DNA of 63,627 bases, counting the filler, from Octopus bimaculoides (taxonomy: Eukaryota): the NCBI RefSeq assembly GCF_001194135.2. It is 5 parts of 4 records of this genome, joined end to end, with 100 filler letters (N's around TTAATTAATTAA, not from the genome) between each part and the next. Parts side by side here need not be neighbours in the genome. Positions count along the whole stretch, not along the records: positions 44,471 to 56,552 come from NC_068990.1; positions 56,653 to 63,627 come from NC_068984.1; 3 more parts are not named here. One strand, 5' to 3'. Both the position numbers and the translations under genes were made by a program. Under the pieces are notes generated by a model. That model did no database searches. It was not told the DNA's origin and was given only the letters and a program-made list of their open reading frames with translations. Shown here in pieces: positions 48,755-61,339 of this stretch (position 1 is the first letter of the stretch; each line of letters begins with the position of its first letter).

Positions 48755-49936
48755 TAATCTTGTCCGCCCATTATTTCTGGGAAGGTCGAAGGTGGATAGT
48801 CTTCAGACACCTCTTTCTCGGGACCTTATCAGAAACAACTGACATTACACCTTCCGGTTAGATTCCCAAGTATTACCAACTTGTCTACTTCTGGGCCGCC
48901 TGCCGGTTGACTCGGCTTGAAGAATCCGTCATCCGATTCTGTCCTGAGATATTGTAATCACATGTCGACAGTATTCCACTTTCCAGTGTAATAATTCTCT
49001 GCAGCGCAGTTATGGCCTTATTAAGTTGTTAGCTTCATAATCTAGTGGTTATGCGTTCGATTTTACTTTACATCATCTACAAGCCTGTTCTACAATATCA
49101 TCCTTGAGTTGGCTCCTCTTTAAAAGTGAAATTGCGTAGAATGGTAATTGTGACCAGTTTTCCAGCTCCAGTGCGTCGAAATATTAATCCTGTTATTAGA
49201 GTGTCCCACATATAGATGAATTATCATATTTTTTTTGCTTTAGCTAAAGGTTATCTATACATAAACTTTTTATAACATGATATTTTACAGAAATTTTGTT
49301 TTTTCATTTCAAACTTCATCGCGAGCCACCTAGAAACATACATACTCTAGGTTTACCATGAGTGTATGCATGTTTGTATGTATGTATGTATGTATGTATG
49401 TAATATGCTAGTATAGTATCCTTAAGATCTTATGGCGATCTCATGTGTCTCATACGAAAGTAATTGAGCAGGCGAAAGTGAAGAATATCGAGCTCAGGGT
49501 TATGAAATTAATGAATATTGAGCCCAGGGTTAAAAATTAAAACGACTGATGTCAAAAAGGTCAGCGTCGAAACTGGGATGCCAGTTAAGCGGCAAGAAAA
49601 CTGCTGTGGCAAAGCGTCTCAAAGCGAACGCTATTAGTCTCATACATTTTCTGAAATTCTGCCAGGATCATGCCGCTGGTCGTCTTGCATTGACTAAGCT
49701 ATCAAAAGCAAAGGTGTAACGCTAAACTATCATTATATTAGGGATAATGTGACTACAGCGTAAGATGTATTTACGTGGTTAGACGACATGTTTTTATGTG
49801 TTGCGTCAAAAGAATTTAAGTTTATTATTTATAGATTCGTTGTGAGTGTGTTATTATATAAAGTTATAAATACGATTTCATAGCCATAATATGTCTCGCG
49901 CACGCGTACACAGGCATATGTATATATGTATATATT

Positions 49937-49988
<52 letters not shown>

Positions 49989-50749
49989 TGTGTGTGAGTG
50001 TGTGTGTATGTGTGTGTATATGTCTCTCTCTATATATATGTTCACAAACACGTATACATGTATATGTATGTGTGTGTATATATATATATGTACATATATA
50101 CATATATATGCTAACACACACATATACATGTGTATGTATGTACGTACATATCTTTCTCTCTCTCACTCTGTCTGTCTGCCTGTCAGTCTCTATATATAAT
50201 ATACACCCGTACACATAAGTATATAAAATTATATTATGGTGACGAAATCGTATTTTTAACTTTACACAAGAATATAATGTAAAATAATACATTTTTATAT
50301 ACGTACACATATACATATATATATGAATGTATGTATGTGTATAAATGTACATACATACGCAAACATCTTTATACACTACAAATAATATTTCATATCTATG
50401 ATATAAAAGTTATTATATATTATACGATTTTTTTATATCTCGAATAAAAGATATCAAATGCTATATAGTATAAAAGTTATTAGGTAATTTTACTGTGTAA
50501 AAGAGATAACGTGATATAATGTGCAAATAACACATATTAGCTAAAAAAAATAGTACAATCGCTAATACACGGCTGTATGGCACAAAGGATATTATAATGA
50601 TATGATATAAGAAAGATATTTCATGGTTTTATGTGGTATAATATGTACATATACAATAGCTGGTTTTACAGCGTTGTCTATCGTCGGAGTTTCATCCTTA
50701 CACAATAAATGTTCTTTATTTTCTCCCGGTATTCGTATGTCTGTGTGTA

Positions 50750-50979
50750 TGCCTGTGTGTTTGCATGTATATATATGTATGTATATGTACGTATATGTAT
50801 GTATATGTATGTATATGTATGTATATGTATACACATTATGTATATGTATAAATATATATGTATACGTATATGTATATATATATATATGCATATATATATA
50901 TACATCTAAGTATACATATGTATATGTGTATATATATATGTGCATATATAAATGTATGCATATGCATATGTATGCATAC

Positions 50980-51054
<75 letters not shown>

Positions 51055-51235
51055 TTACAAATTATCCCTTAATTATGTTTATATATATATATGTAGATAT
51101 ATTTATGTATATATCCTTACATACACACGCGCACACACGCAGACACGCACATACACAGACACGCACATATATATATATATATCTGTGTGTGTGTGTGTGT
51201 GTGTGCGTGTGTGTGCACGTGTATACATGTGTATA
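50750..51235. repeat. Compound (TATG)/(TA)n/(CA)/(TG) microsatellite cluster
   Basis: Includes a long pure (TA)n at ~50981-51050. Confidence 0.9.
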
Positions 51236-51584
51236 GCTGTATGAATGAATGGGCCAATAACTATAAGATCATCTGCTCATTGCATACATACCATACCTAT
51301 AGACACATGCGCAGACATGTTTGTTGTATGGAAGAATTTTCCTTTCAACCATGCTACGTTGAAAGGCCGCCATTTCCCATTAGCGATTATTTTTATAGCT
51401 GTTTATTAGCAAGGGGCCAATGTACTCAGTCGGTTCTAGCGTCGTGTTAGCAACGCGAATGTCGTTGGTTCGACCTCCATGATGGTATGGTATATTTTAT
51501 AAGCGCAAGCATAGCTCTACAGAGAAAAAGCTCACTGTGCTAAAACATTGTGTCTGCTATGAATCGGAACTTATACTCTTTTAC

Positions 51585-51980
51585 TGTCTCTTTTACTCTT
51601 TTACTTGTTTAAGTCATTTGACTGCGGCCATGCTAGAGCACCACCTATAGTCGAGAAAATCGACCCCAGGACTTATTCTTTGTAAGCCTAGTACTTATTC
51701 TATAGGTCTCTTTTGCCGAACCGCTAAGTTACGGGTACGTAAACAGATCAGCATAAGTTGTTAAGCGATGATGGGGAGAAAAACACAGACACACAAACAC
51801 ACATATACATATACATATACATATATAGGATGGGCTTTCAGTTTCCGTATACCAAATCTACTCACAAGGCTTTGGTCGGCCCGAGGCTATAGTAGAAGAC
51901 ATTTCCCCAAGGTGCCATGCAGTAGGACTGAACCTGGAACCATGCGGTTGGTAAGCAAGCTACTTACCACACTGCCACTC
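51585..51980 (-). mobile_element. Composite SINE B/C, near full length
   Basis: Head 51980-51830, microsatellite, C module, tandem 3' tail seen as (ttttactc)n on the + strand. Confidence 0.88.
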
Positions 51981-52057
51981 ATGCACACACACACACACAC
52001 ACACACACGCATATGCACACATATATGTATGTATATGTGTATGTATATATATATATG

Positions 52058-52096
<39 letters not shown>

Positions 52097-52704
52097 TTGT
52101 GTGTGTGTAGGCGTATGTTATGTTATGTATGTATGTATGTATGTATGTATGTATGTATGTATGCATGTAGTGGTGTTGATTCGTTGGACTAAACCCTTGA
52201 AGGCAGTGCCAGTATACGTCTACTCTCCAAGGATTGAAAATATAAGAGGTATAAAGTATATAGTCTCTTTTACATTTATTATAAAATGACTTTCGTAGTT
52301 TCATTCACGTTTCGAGACCTTCTGGGTTTCATCTTGTGAATGAAAAACATGATGATGTGGCATTTTTGTCGCGTTTTGTAATAAGCAGTGACTATCATGG
52401 GAATAAGGTTGTAACAATTAAACGATTATCACTGGATAATCGTCTTAGTGTTACAATAATTGGTTGTTCGGTGAAGAAGTTCGCTTCGAAACATGTGTCG
52501 TTTCGAGTTTGATCCTAAAGCGTAATATCTTGTACAAGTGTCTTCGACATGTAGCCTAGAGCTGACCAATGCATTCTGAGTGAAATTTGGACATTGGAAT
52601 AAATGTTGTTCGTTTGTTTGTTGTTTGCATGTATATATGCATACATACTATATATGTATGCATGTATATATGCATACAGACTTCACTATATATGTATATA
52701 GTGA

Positions 52705-52900
52705 ATGCGTATGGCTCAGTGGTTAGAGCATCGAGCTTACGATCATGAGGTTGTGAGTTCGAATCCCGGACCGGGCTGCGTGTTGTGTTCTTGAANNNNN
52801 NNNNNCTGCGTGTTGTGTTCTTGAAGAAGACACTTTATTTCACGTTGCTCCAGTTCACTCAGCTGTAGAAATGCGTTGCGACGTCACTGGTGCCAAGCTC
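52705..52900 (+). mobile_element. tRNA-derived SINE family D
   Basis: A box TGGCTCAGTGG and B box GTTCGAATCC, then 'gtgttgtgttcttga.gaagacacttta.ttcacgttgctccag'. No tRNA acceptor stem. Confidence 0.85.
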
Positions 52901-53174
52901 TATCCGTGGATATAAACGTGATTGAGGACTTCTGATGTAGAAGTTCTCAGTAATTACTAGTGTGGTTCAGACCATGATCAGCACTAATCAAGTTAACAGA
53001 TGATGGGTGGCGCTCCAAGTGTGGCCACCTCTGAATGTGTTCGTTTTCTCTAAAGTTAGTTTCTGTTGGATTGTATTACTGTAATATGCAAAGTGTCCTT
53101 CTTTAGACAACAGTATGTGTTTGGCATAAGGGAGATTTAAGGGCTATTTTTAGCAAAGGAAGAATTGGTTAGAG

Positions 53175-53225
53175 CAGTGTTTCTGAACCAGAGTCCATAT
53201 GACCCCTGGAGGTCCACATATGACT
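53175..53225 (+). mobile_element. hAT MITE left-end fragment related to 7903-8155
   Basis: cagtgtttctgaaccagagtccatatgacccctgg. Confidence 0.5.
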
Positions 53226-53254
53226 TTGTTGTTAAAGCTTGTCTACAATAGGCG

Positions 53255-53870
53255 CAAGCGTGGCTGTGTGTTAAGAAGCTTGCTTCCCAATTGCATGGTC
53301 TAGGTTTCAGTCCCACTGTGTGACACATTATGCGAGTGTCTACTACTGTAGCGTTGGATCAATAAAAGCCTTGGGTGAATTTTGTGGAGAGAAACTGAAA
53401 GAAGCCCGTCATATGTGGATGTGTGTGTGTGTGTATTTGTGTCTGTGTTTGTCCCCCCACCACTACTTGACGACCGATGATGTTGTGTTTACATCCCCGT
53501 AACTTTGGTAAAGGAGTTCGATAGAATAAGTACCAGGTTTTAAAATTAGCTACTGGTGTCAATTCAATGGACTAAAAATTCTTCCCCTCAGTGCAGATGA
53601 TGATGGTGGAGAAGATGGTGCTGCTGTTTTAGTCTAGCTGTTGTGGCTTGTGATGACAATGTGTGTGGAGGCGGTAATGATAAGGTCGGGTGGCGGAGGT
53701 TGTTTGTATGTTGGTGTGTTTACGTCCCCGTAGCTTACCGGTTCGGCAAAAGTGGTCGATAGGATAAGTACTAGGCTTACAAAAGTATAAGTCTGGGGGT
53801 TGATTAGTTCGACTAAAGTCGATGCTCCAGCATGACCGCAGTCAAATGACTGAAACTAGTGAAAGTATAA
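53255..53870 (+). mobile_element. Composite SINE B/C plus a second C tail module
   Basis: Head 53255-53410, tail to ~53575, second tail ~53705-53870. Confidence 0.8.
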
Positions 53871-53921
53871 CAGAGTAATATACATATACATACGGACATA
53901 CATACATACATACATACATAT

Positions 53922-53958
<37 letters not shown>

Positions 53959-54366
53959 NNNNNNNNNNNNNNNNNNNNNNNNNNNNNNNNNNNNNNNNNN
54001 NNNNNNNNNNNNNNNNNNNNNNNNNNNNNNNNNNNNNNNNNNNNNNNNNNNNNNNNNNNNNNNNNNNNNNNNNTATATGTATATATATGTGTATATGTAT
54101 GTATGTATGTATGTGTGTATTTATGATTGTATATCAGGAGGTATTCACAGACACATATTCACACATATACATCCATATATACATGCAAACATACATACAT
54201 ACATACATAAGTACATGTAAAGTTGACAGGGAGAAAAAAAGCAGATAAAACGAAAGTGGGCGTGGTGAAAAGACTCCGGCGTAAAGAAAGGGAAACGGGA
54301 AGTAGAGATTGTGTTAATTGGTTTTAAGTTTCATACATAACATAAGTGTGTGTGTGTGTGTGTGTA

Positions 54367-54407
<41 letters not shown>

Positions 54408-54743
54408 CTACGTGCGTGCGCTCGCGCGTTTATTTGTATGTGTATGGGTGTGCGCATATGTAAGCACGTGTCGTTTTTGCCTATTTAATAGATAAAATGC
54501 GCTCGCACCGGCTGTGTCGAAGGAAAAAAAAGGAACATGCATCCATGCAAGCACACACACAGACACACACAAACACATAAACAGGTAAATATATACATAC
54601 ATTTATACGTATAATATATATAATAAAATATAGCATCATATTTATATATACATATGTGTGTACACACATACACACATTCACATAAATATATATATATGTG
54701 TTTGTGTGTATGTGCACATATATACTCTTCGAAACGCCTGTGT

Positions 54744-54935
54744 TAGAATTGGGGTAGCTGATGAAGGAAAATGTTCTCTATGTGGCCTGTGTGTGTTCTG
54801 TACTCTGGTTATTATTATTTTTTTGTCTACGTTTTGTTTGCAATGTCCTGTACCCAGATATGCACCTATATATACAGGTAGACGTAGGTATGCACATACC
54901 TGTACGTATATATGCATATACACATTTATTATTTG
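54744..54935 (+). repeat. Dispersed repeat, inverted partner of 18990-19177
   Basis: Direct sequence comparison. Confidence 0.85.
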
Positions 54936-56261
54936 TTTTATATATATATATATATCCTACACGATTAGGTGAAAAGCGCTTTATTTAATTTATAAAACAT
55001 GTGACATTAATAAAAATCTGTAAATATACAAACATCCAGATTTCGAGTACCTTAATTTCTCTCTCTCNNNNNNNNNNNNNNNNNNNNNNNNNNNNNNNNN
55101 NNNNNNNNNNNNNNNNNNNNNNNNNNNNNNNNNNNNNNNNNNNNNNNNNNNNNNNNNNNNNNNNNNNNNNNNNNNNNNNNNNNNNNNNNNNNNNNNNNNN
55201 NNNNNNNNNNNNNNNNNNNNNNNNNNNNNNNNNNNNNNNNNNNNNNNNNNNNNNNNNNNNNNNNNNNNNNNNNNNNNNNNNNNNNNNNNNNNNNNNNNNN
55301 NNNNNNNNNNNNNNNNNNNNNNNNNNNNNNNNNNNNNNNNNNNNNNNNNNNNNNNNNNNNNNNNNNNNNNNNNNNNNNNNNNNNNNNNNNNNNNNNNNNN
55401 NNNNNNNNNNNNNNNNNNNNNNNNNNNNNNNNNNNNNNNNNNNNNNNNNNNNNNNNNNNNNNNNNNNNNNNNNNNNNNNNNNNNNNNNNNNNNNNNNNNN
55501 NNNNNNNNNNNNNNNNNNNNNNNNNNNNNNNNNNNNNNNNNNNNNNNNNNNNNNNNNNNNNNNNNNNNNNNNNNNNNNNNNNNNNNNNNNNNNNNNNNNN
55601 NNNNNNNNNNNNNNNNNNNNNNNNNNNNNNNNNNNNNNNNNNNNNNNNNNNNNNNNNNNNNNNNNNNNNNNNNNNNNNNNNNNNNNNNNNNNNNNATATA
55701 TATATATATATATATATATAGATATATACAATAACATCGACCCCAGTTCTTATTCGTTGTAGGCGTAGTACTTTTTCTATCGGTACTCGAGCAATAGTGG
55801 GGGAACAAACACAGATGCAAAGACACACACACAAATATATAAACAAAAATATGTACTCTACGGACTTCTTCCAGTTTCTACCAAATCCACGCAAAGCGCT
55901 TTGGGCGACTCAAGGTTACAGTAGAAGACACTTGCTCATGGTGCCACTGAAATTGGAACCTTGTGGTTGGGCAGCATAGAGGTACACCTGCGCCTATCTA
56001 TATAATATATATAAACTTTTAAATACACACACATACACACAAACTCGGAATCATGCACACACATATATGCTTAAATATCGAACAATGGGAATGAATTCTG
56101 GAATCCACATTGTTACGGCTACCATTGGTTTCCTGTATTTGACTTCCCTTAACATGAAATTAAAAGTAGCCTAAACTCCAAAATGTGTATGCATATGTGT
56201 GTGTGCGTGATTGTGTGTGTGTGTGTGTCTTTGTGTGATTTTGTGCATTTGCGGGCGTGTA

Positions 56262-56294
<33 letters not shown>

Positions 56295-56552
56295 ATAATT
56301 ATGTGTATCTGTATGTATTTAGATGCACATGCAGCCACGCGAACACACATTACAAACACACATATATATGGAAACGGAAAATTATTTATTGTGTATTTAT
56401 GAACGTGACCTTAAATTTGCACAATATTTTCCCTCAGCGCTCTGTATAACCATGCATACATACAAACATAAATACATACTACTTATACTAATACAAATTT
56501 TTCACTCTCTATATACATATTTGTGTGTGTGTATATATATATGTATATATAT

Positions 56553-56652
56553 NNNNNNNNNNNNNNNNNNNNNNNNNNNNNNNNNNNNNNNNNNNNTTAA
56601 TTAATTAANNNNNNNNNNNNNNNNNNNNNNNNNNNNNNNNNNNNNNNNNNNN
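56553..56652. other. Artificial 100-bp scaffold linker N44-TTAATTAATTAA-N44
   Basis: 12-mer at 56597-56608 with 44 N on each side. Confidence 0.97.
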
Positions 56653-56679
56653 TATGTATGTATGTATGTATGTTTGTGT

Positions 56680-57310
56680 GTGTGTTTTCCCCACCACCGC
56701 TGGACAAACGGTGTTGATTTGTTTACGTTCCAGTAACTTGGCTGTTCGGCAAAAGAGACAGATAAAATAAGTACTTGGCTTTAAAAATGCCCTGGGGCCA
56801 ATTTGTTCTTCTAAACCCTTCAAGAGGATGCTTCTGCATGGCCGCCGTCCAATGACCGAAACAAGTAAAAGATAAACTTTATGATTTGAAATGAAATGTT
56901 TTTCAGCATTTTGTATCTTTCTTCTTTTATCTTTTACTTGTTTCAGTCATTTGACTGCGGCCATGCTGGAGCACCGCCTTGAATCTTTTCGACCCCACTA
57001 CTTTTTTAAGCCTGGTACTTATTCTATCAATCTGTTTTGTCAAACCGCTAAGTTACGGAGACACAAATACAACATCCCATTTATCAAGCAGTGGTGGGGG
57101 AGCAAACACACACGCACACACGCACACACATGCACACACACACATATACACATACACACGACGGGCTTCTTTTAGTTTCTCTGTATCAAATCCACTTACA
57201 AGGCTTTGGTCGGCCCGAGGCTATAGTAGAAGACACTTACGCAAGAAGTTACGCAGTGGGACTGAACCTGGAACCATGCGGTTGGGAAGCGAGCTTCTTA
57301 CCACACAACC
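56680..57310. mobile_element. Tail-to-tail composite SINEs: C tail (+, 56680-56875) and full B/C copy (-, 56920-57310)
   Basis: Homology to 51585-51980. Confidence 0.82.
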
Positions 57311-57334
57311 ACAGAGTAATTCTTTTTACTCTAG

Positions 57335-57733
57335 GCAAAAGGCACGAACATTTTTTGGTGGAGGTAGCCAGTCGATTAGGTCGATCCCAGTACGCAACTG
57401 GTACTTAATTTATTGACCCCGAAAAAATGAAAGGCAAAATCGACCTCGGCGGAATTTGAACACAGAACGTAAAAACAGGCGAAATACCGCTAAGCATTTC
57501 GGCAGACGTGCTAACGTTTCTTATTTTTTTATTGCCCACAACGGGCTAAACATAGAGGGGACAAACAAGGATAGACAAACGGATTAAGTCGATTATATCG
57601 ACCCTAGTGCGTAACTGGTACTTATTTAATCGACCCCGAAAGGATGAGAGGCAAAGTCGACTTCGGCGGAATTTGAACTCTGAACACAACGGCAGACGAA
57701 ATACCGCTAAGCGTTTCTGCCAGCTCGCCGCCT
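57335..57733 (-). mobile_element. Two tandem SINE family A copies
   Basis: Copies at ~57335-57520 and ~57525-57733. Confidence 0.86.
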
Positions 57734-57979
57734 AACACAGCTACAGAGTAATTATAATATCCATGATATTCATTATTGGCAACTTTAGCAAACACAGAGT
57801 CACTGAGGCACCAGAACACTCAACTAAATTTCTATTCTTTTTATTATTTCTTAGTTAAGATAGTCAACACCACAAAGAGACATTATTCCTGTCATTCCAA
57901 TGGAATCAATCAAACTAAGTGCCAGACGTGCACTGATATCAATTATATCGATTATACTCCACTTCTAAAAACATTTAGT

Positions 57980-58210
57980 GGAGGTGTGAGACCTAGTGGT
58001 CAGGGTGTTGGACTGTGGTTTCAATTCCTGGACCGGGCGACGCATTGTGTTCTTAAGCAAAACACTTCATTTCACGTTGCTCCAGTCCACTAAACTGGCG
58101 AAAATGAGTAACCCTGCGACGGACCGGCGTCCAGTCCAGTGGGCTAGATAAATATACGTCACGGAAACCGGGAAACCAGTCCTTGTGAGTCCACAGGGCT
58201 CGAGAAGGAT
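57980..58210 (+). mobile_element. tRNA-derived SINE family D
   Basis: ggaggtgtgagacctagtggtcagggtgttgg...ttgtgttcttaagcaaaacactt...gctccagtccact...ggaaaccgggaaacc. Confidence 0.8.
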
Positions 58211-58439
58211 GATTTATCCTTATCCTTATCAAAAAACAGTAAATATCAGATGGAGAACTGATATAATTGTTAACGTATCAGACGAACCACCAGCGGCATT
58301 TTGTTGCAGCACTTTACGTTAGAGTTCAATTCTAGTCAACGTCATCTTCATCTTTCATCTTTCTAGGGGTCAATATAAATAAAGCACTTGTCAAATACCG
58401 AATCGGTTTAATAGTCCTGTAAGGTACTCTACAACCTAA

Positions 58440-59480
58440 CTACAGATATGCTACAGACCATGCTGACAGAACTGGACATCCATATAGCTCAGCAGTAGAC
58501 CTTAAAATGGACTACATGAGAACGAAATACGTGCGGTCCGAAGACGTAGCACAAAGCCGAATAGAGATGGGAAGCAATGAAATTGAAGAGATAGTGAAGT
58601 ACGTCTACTTGAGGTACAAAGAGAATATATACTGAGACATGCACGCAGAAATCTCTTGGAGAATAAGGTCAGGATGGAAGGCATTTGCTTGAATAAAGCA
58701 TGTACAGAAAGCAAAGCTGGACGAGATCTTACGTGACAGTCTCTTCAATAGCTGCGTTGTTATACGCAAGTGAGACGTGAGTTATTACGAAGAGAAAAGA
58801 ATGCTGTTGGCACTCCGTCGCTTACGACGTCGAGGGTTCCAGTTGATCCGATCAACGGAACAGCCTGCTCGTGAAATTAACGTGCAAGTGGCTGAGCACT
58901 CCACAGACACGTGTACCCATAACATAGTTCTCGGGGATATTCAGCGTGACACAGTGTGACAAGGCTGACCCTTTGAATTACAGGCACAACAGAAACAGGT
59001 AGTAAGAGTGAGAGAAAGTTGTGGTGAAAGAGTACAGCAGGGTTCGCCACCATCCCCTGCCGGAGCCTCATGGAGCTTTAGGAGATCAGCTACAATGTGT
59101 CGCTCAATAAACACTTACAACGCCCGGTTTGGGAATCGAAACTGCGATCCTATGACCGCGAGTCCGCTGCCCTAACCACTGGGCCATTGCGCCTCCACTA
59201 CGAAGAGAAAAGAATATCAGTTGGCTAAAACGCAAAGATCCATGGAAAGATACTTGCTGGGAATGTTATTGGAAGAGCATATCCGAAATGGAACAATTTG
59301 AGAATGGGGCAGAGTGAACAGCGTAACTGCAGAATACTGACAATACAAGTTCTGCTGGGACGGACATGTCGCAAGTTCCACAGACAACACGTAGGTCCAT
59401 GCAGTTGCCGGGTAGCATCCAAGAAAATGAAAAAAGCCATTCAGAAGGTCTCCATGACGATGTGAAGACGATTTAGTTTA
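58440..59480 (+). mobile_element. RTE-clade LINE RT C-terminal fragment, interrupted by a SINE
   Basis: LKMDYMRTKY...YVYL...EISWRIRSGWKAF...YASET; after the insertion QLAKTQRSMERYLLG...HIRN...WDGHVASSTDN. This is the typical RTE thumb and C-terminal pattern, with stops. Confidence 0.85.
58803..59198 (-). mobile_element. Full-length tRNA-derived SINE (396 bp) with 17-bp TSD
   Basis: Head gtggaggcgcaatggcccagtggttagggcagcggact...gtttcgattcc. TSD tacgaagagaaaagaat at 58786-58802 and 59199-59215. Confidence 0.93.
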
Positions 59481-59629
59481 TCGATTTAAGCCAAGGTAGA
59501 AAAGAAGGGTGCAATCCAGAAAGAATTGGAAGCACATTGTCACTAGCGGTATATAAAAGCGTACAATAGGTTGGTCAATATAAGTGATACAGGTGAGGTG
59601 AATTTAAAAAAATAAAAAAATAATAATAA

Positions 59630-59878
59630 ATGTGCCCTTTTAAAGCCTAGCCAGGCTCATGGGCCCGGTTTTCCGGTTTTAATAGCTTATGTATTGCCCA
59701 GCTGGACGGACGCCAGTCCATCGCAGCGTTAGTCATTTTCGCCAGCTGAGTGGACTGGAGCAGTGTGAAATAAAGTGTTTTGCCCAAGAACACAACGCAT
59801 CGCCCGCTCCAGGAATCGAAACTACAATCTTACGATCACGGTGCTGACACCCTAACCACTAAGCCACGCGCGTCCACG
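59630..59878 (-). mobile_element. tRNA-derived SINE family D
   Basis: Reverse complement head gtggacgcgcgtggcttagtggttagggtgtcagc...gtttcgattcc. Body homologous to 57980-58210. Confidence 0.85.
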
Positions 59879-59959
59879 AATTTAATTATAACAGAAGACA
59901 AATCAATAGCGATTGAATTAATAAATTTATTTGATTGAAACACTGCTGCTAAGAATGGT

Positions 59960-60410
59960 ATATTATCTTTTATCTTTTGTTTTAGTCATTTGACTGCGGC
60001 CCCGCTATAGCACAACCTTGAAGTATTTAGCCGAACAAATGCCCCCTAGACTTATCCTTTTTAAATCTGGAAATTTTTCTGCCGATTTTTTTTTGCCGGG
60101 TTGCTAAGTTATGGGGACGTAAACATACCAACACCAGTTGTCAAGCGGTGGTGGTGAGGACAATCAAAAACATAAAGGCGCTCACACACACACACACACA
60201 CNNNNNNNNNNNNNNNNNNNNNNNNNNNNNNNNNNNNNNNNNNNNNNNNNNNNNNNNNNNNNNNNNNNNNNNNNNNNNNNNNNNNNNNNNNNNNNNNNNN
60301 NNNNNNNNNNNNNNNNNNNNNNNNNGCTCAAAATGTTGCGTAGTGGGACTGAACCCGAAACAACATGATTGGAAAGTGAGCTTCTTAAATATATAACAAT
60401 GCCTGCGCCT
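59960..60410 (-). mobile_element. Composite SINE B/C (gapped)
   Basis: C module 59960-60170, CA tract and gap, head remnant 60325-60410. Confidence 0.78.
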
Positions 60411-61339
60411 ATTGATCTGCTTCTTATAACTTTAACATATAATTAAAATATCTGACTAATTACTTTGAATAAAGAAAATTCTATCTTTATGGTTTATTTT
60501 GTACGTTTATTTTTGTAATTCTTAATTGATTTACAACTCATAAAACAAGAAATTCTAATAATAATTCTTTTTATTGAGCTATAACTTTGGGGATAGTCTA
60601 CATTTCCTGTTCTGCGGTATGATAGTTTGAAGAAAAGATATCTGCTTGCTCTAACGCCTGAGCGCTCAACATAAAGCTAACTATGAGAGAAACATGGATC
60701 TGTCAGTTCAACTTCAGAAACCTCGTAGGACTCACTGAGCCTTGTTAAAGATCAAAGACAAAAACAATGTCACTAGAAACTGAAGGCTCTTGAAATGAAA
60801 ATGAAATTTCTGATAGGATGAGAGCAATGTGCAAAACGGAAATAACGCTCTTGCCACAACCAACCATAATGGTGGTTTCCATCACAAAGGACATAAAAAC
60901 CTTGACAGTTAGTCTTGTACTTTTTACATAGTTATACTGCATCTAAATTTTTTCTGGCAACAAAATGGGTGTCCTAGTTTCAGTTCTAGACTGGGAAGAG
61001 GGAGAGAAAGGACACCAATGTGTTACAGAGAATGAAGAAAATTCAATGTAGATAGTTAACAGCATCGTTATCGTCAACCACAGTGAGAACTGACTTATGC
61101 AATCCGAATTGGCTTGGCGCTTGATATTGGCTTGGCGCTTGGTATTTATAGTCCGCACAGTATAGTTTATAAGATCTACAAAGCCACATCCAGAAAACAG
61201 TTCCTGGCTTTCTGTGAAAGGGTAGGCTTCTGTGACAGGCTGGGATAAAATTTCAAAAGCATTTCATGAAATGTGTTTTTGCTGTCATTGCAAATACACT
61301 GAGTATGTCTCTAAGAAATCAATTCCAGCTTGACAAAGT

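Noticed and set aside
52468-52505. Hammerhead mimic GTGAAGA-AG-TTCG-CTTC-GAAAC-ATGT-GTC
   Set aside because: C3 is absent, there is no stem I, and the sequence aligns to a decayed SINE family B head.
52705-52780. tRNA gene calls for SINE heads (also 59120-59198 and 59800-59878)
   Set aside because: A and B boxes are present, but there is no paired acceptor stem and the sequence continues into a SINE body.
52776-52825. 20-bp direct repeat around a 10-N gap
   Set aside because: Contig-end overlap artefact.
60730-61080. Plus frame with faint protocadherin-like words (TEITLLP; GVLVSVLDWEEGEKG) and two abutting minus-strand ORFs
   Set aside because: The calcium-binding motifs (DxD, LDRE, DxNDN) are absent, the spacing is wrong, and there are several stops.
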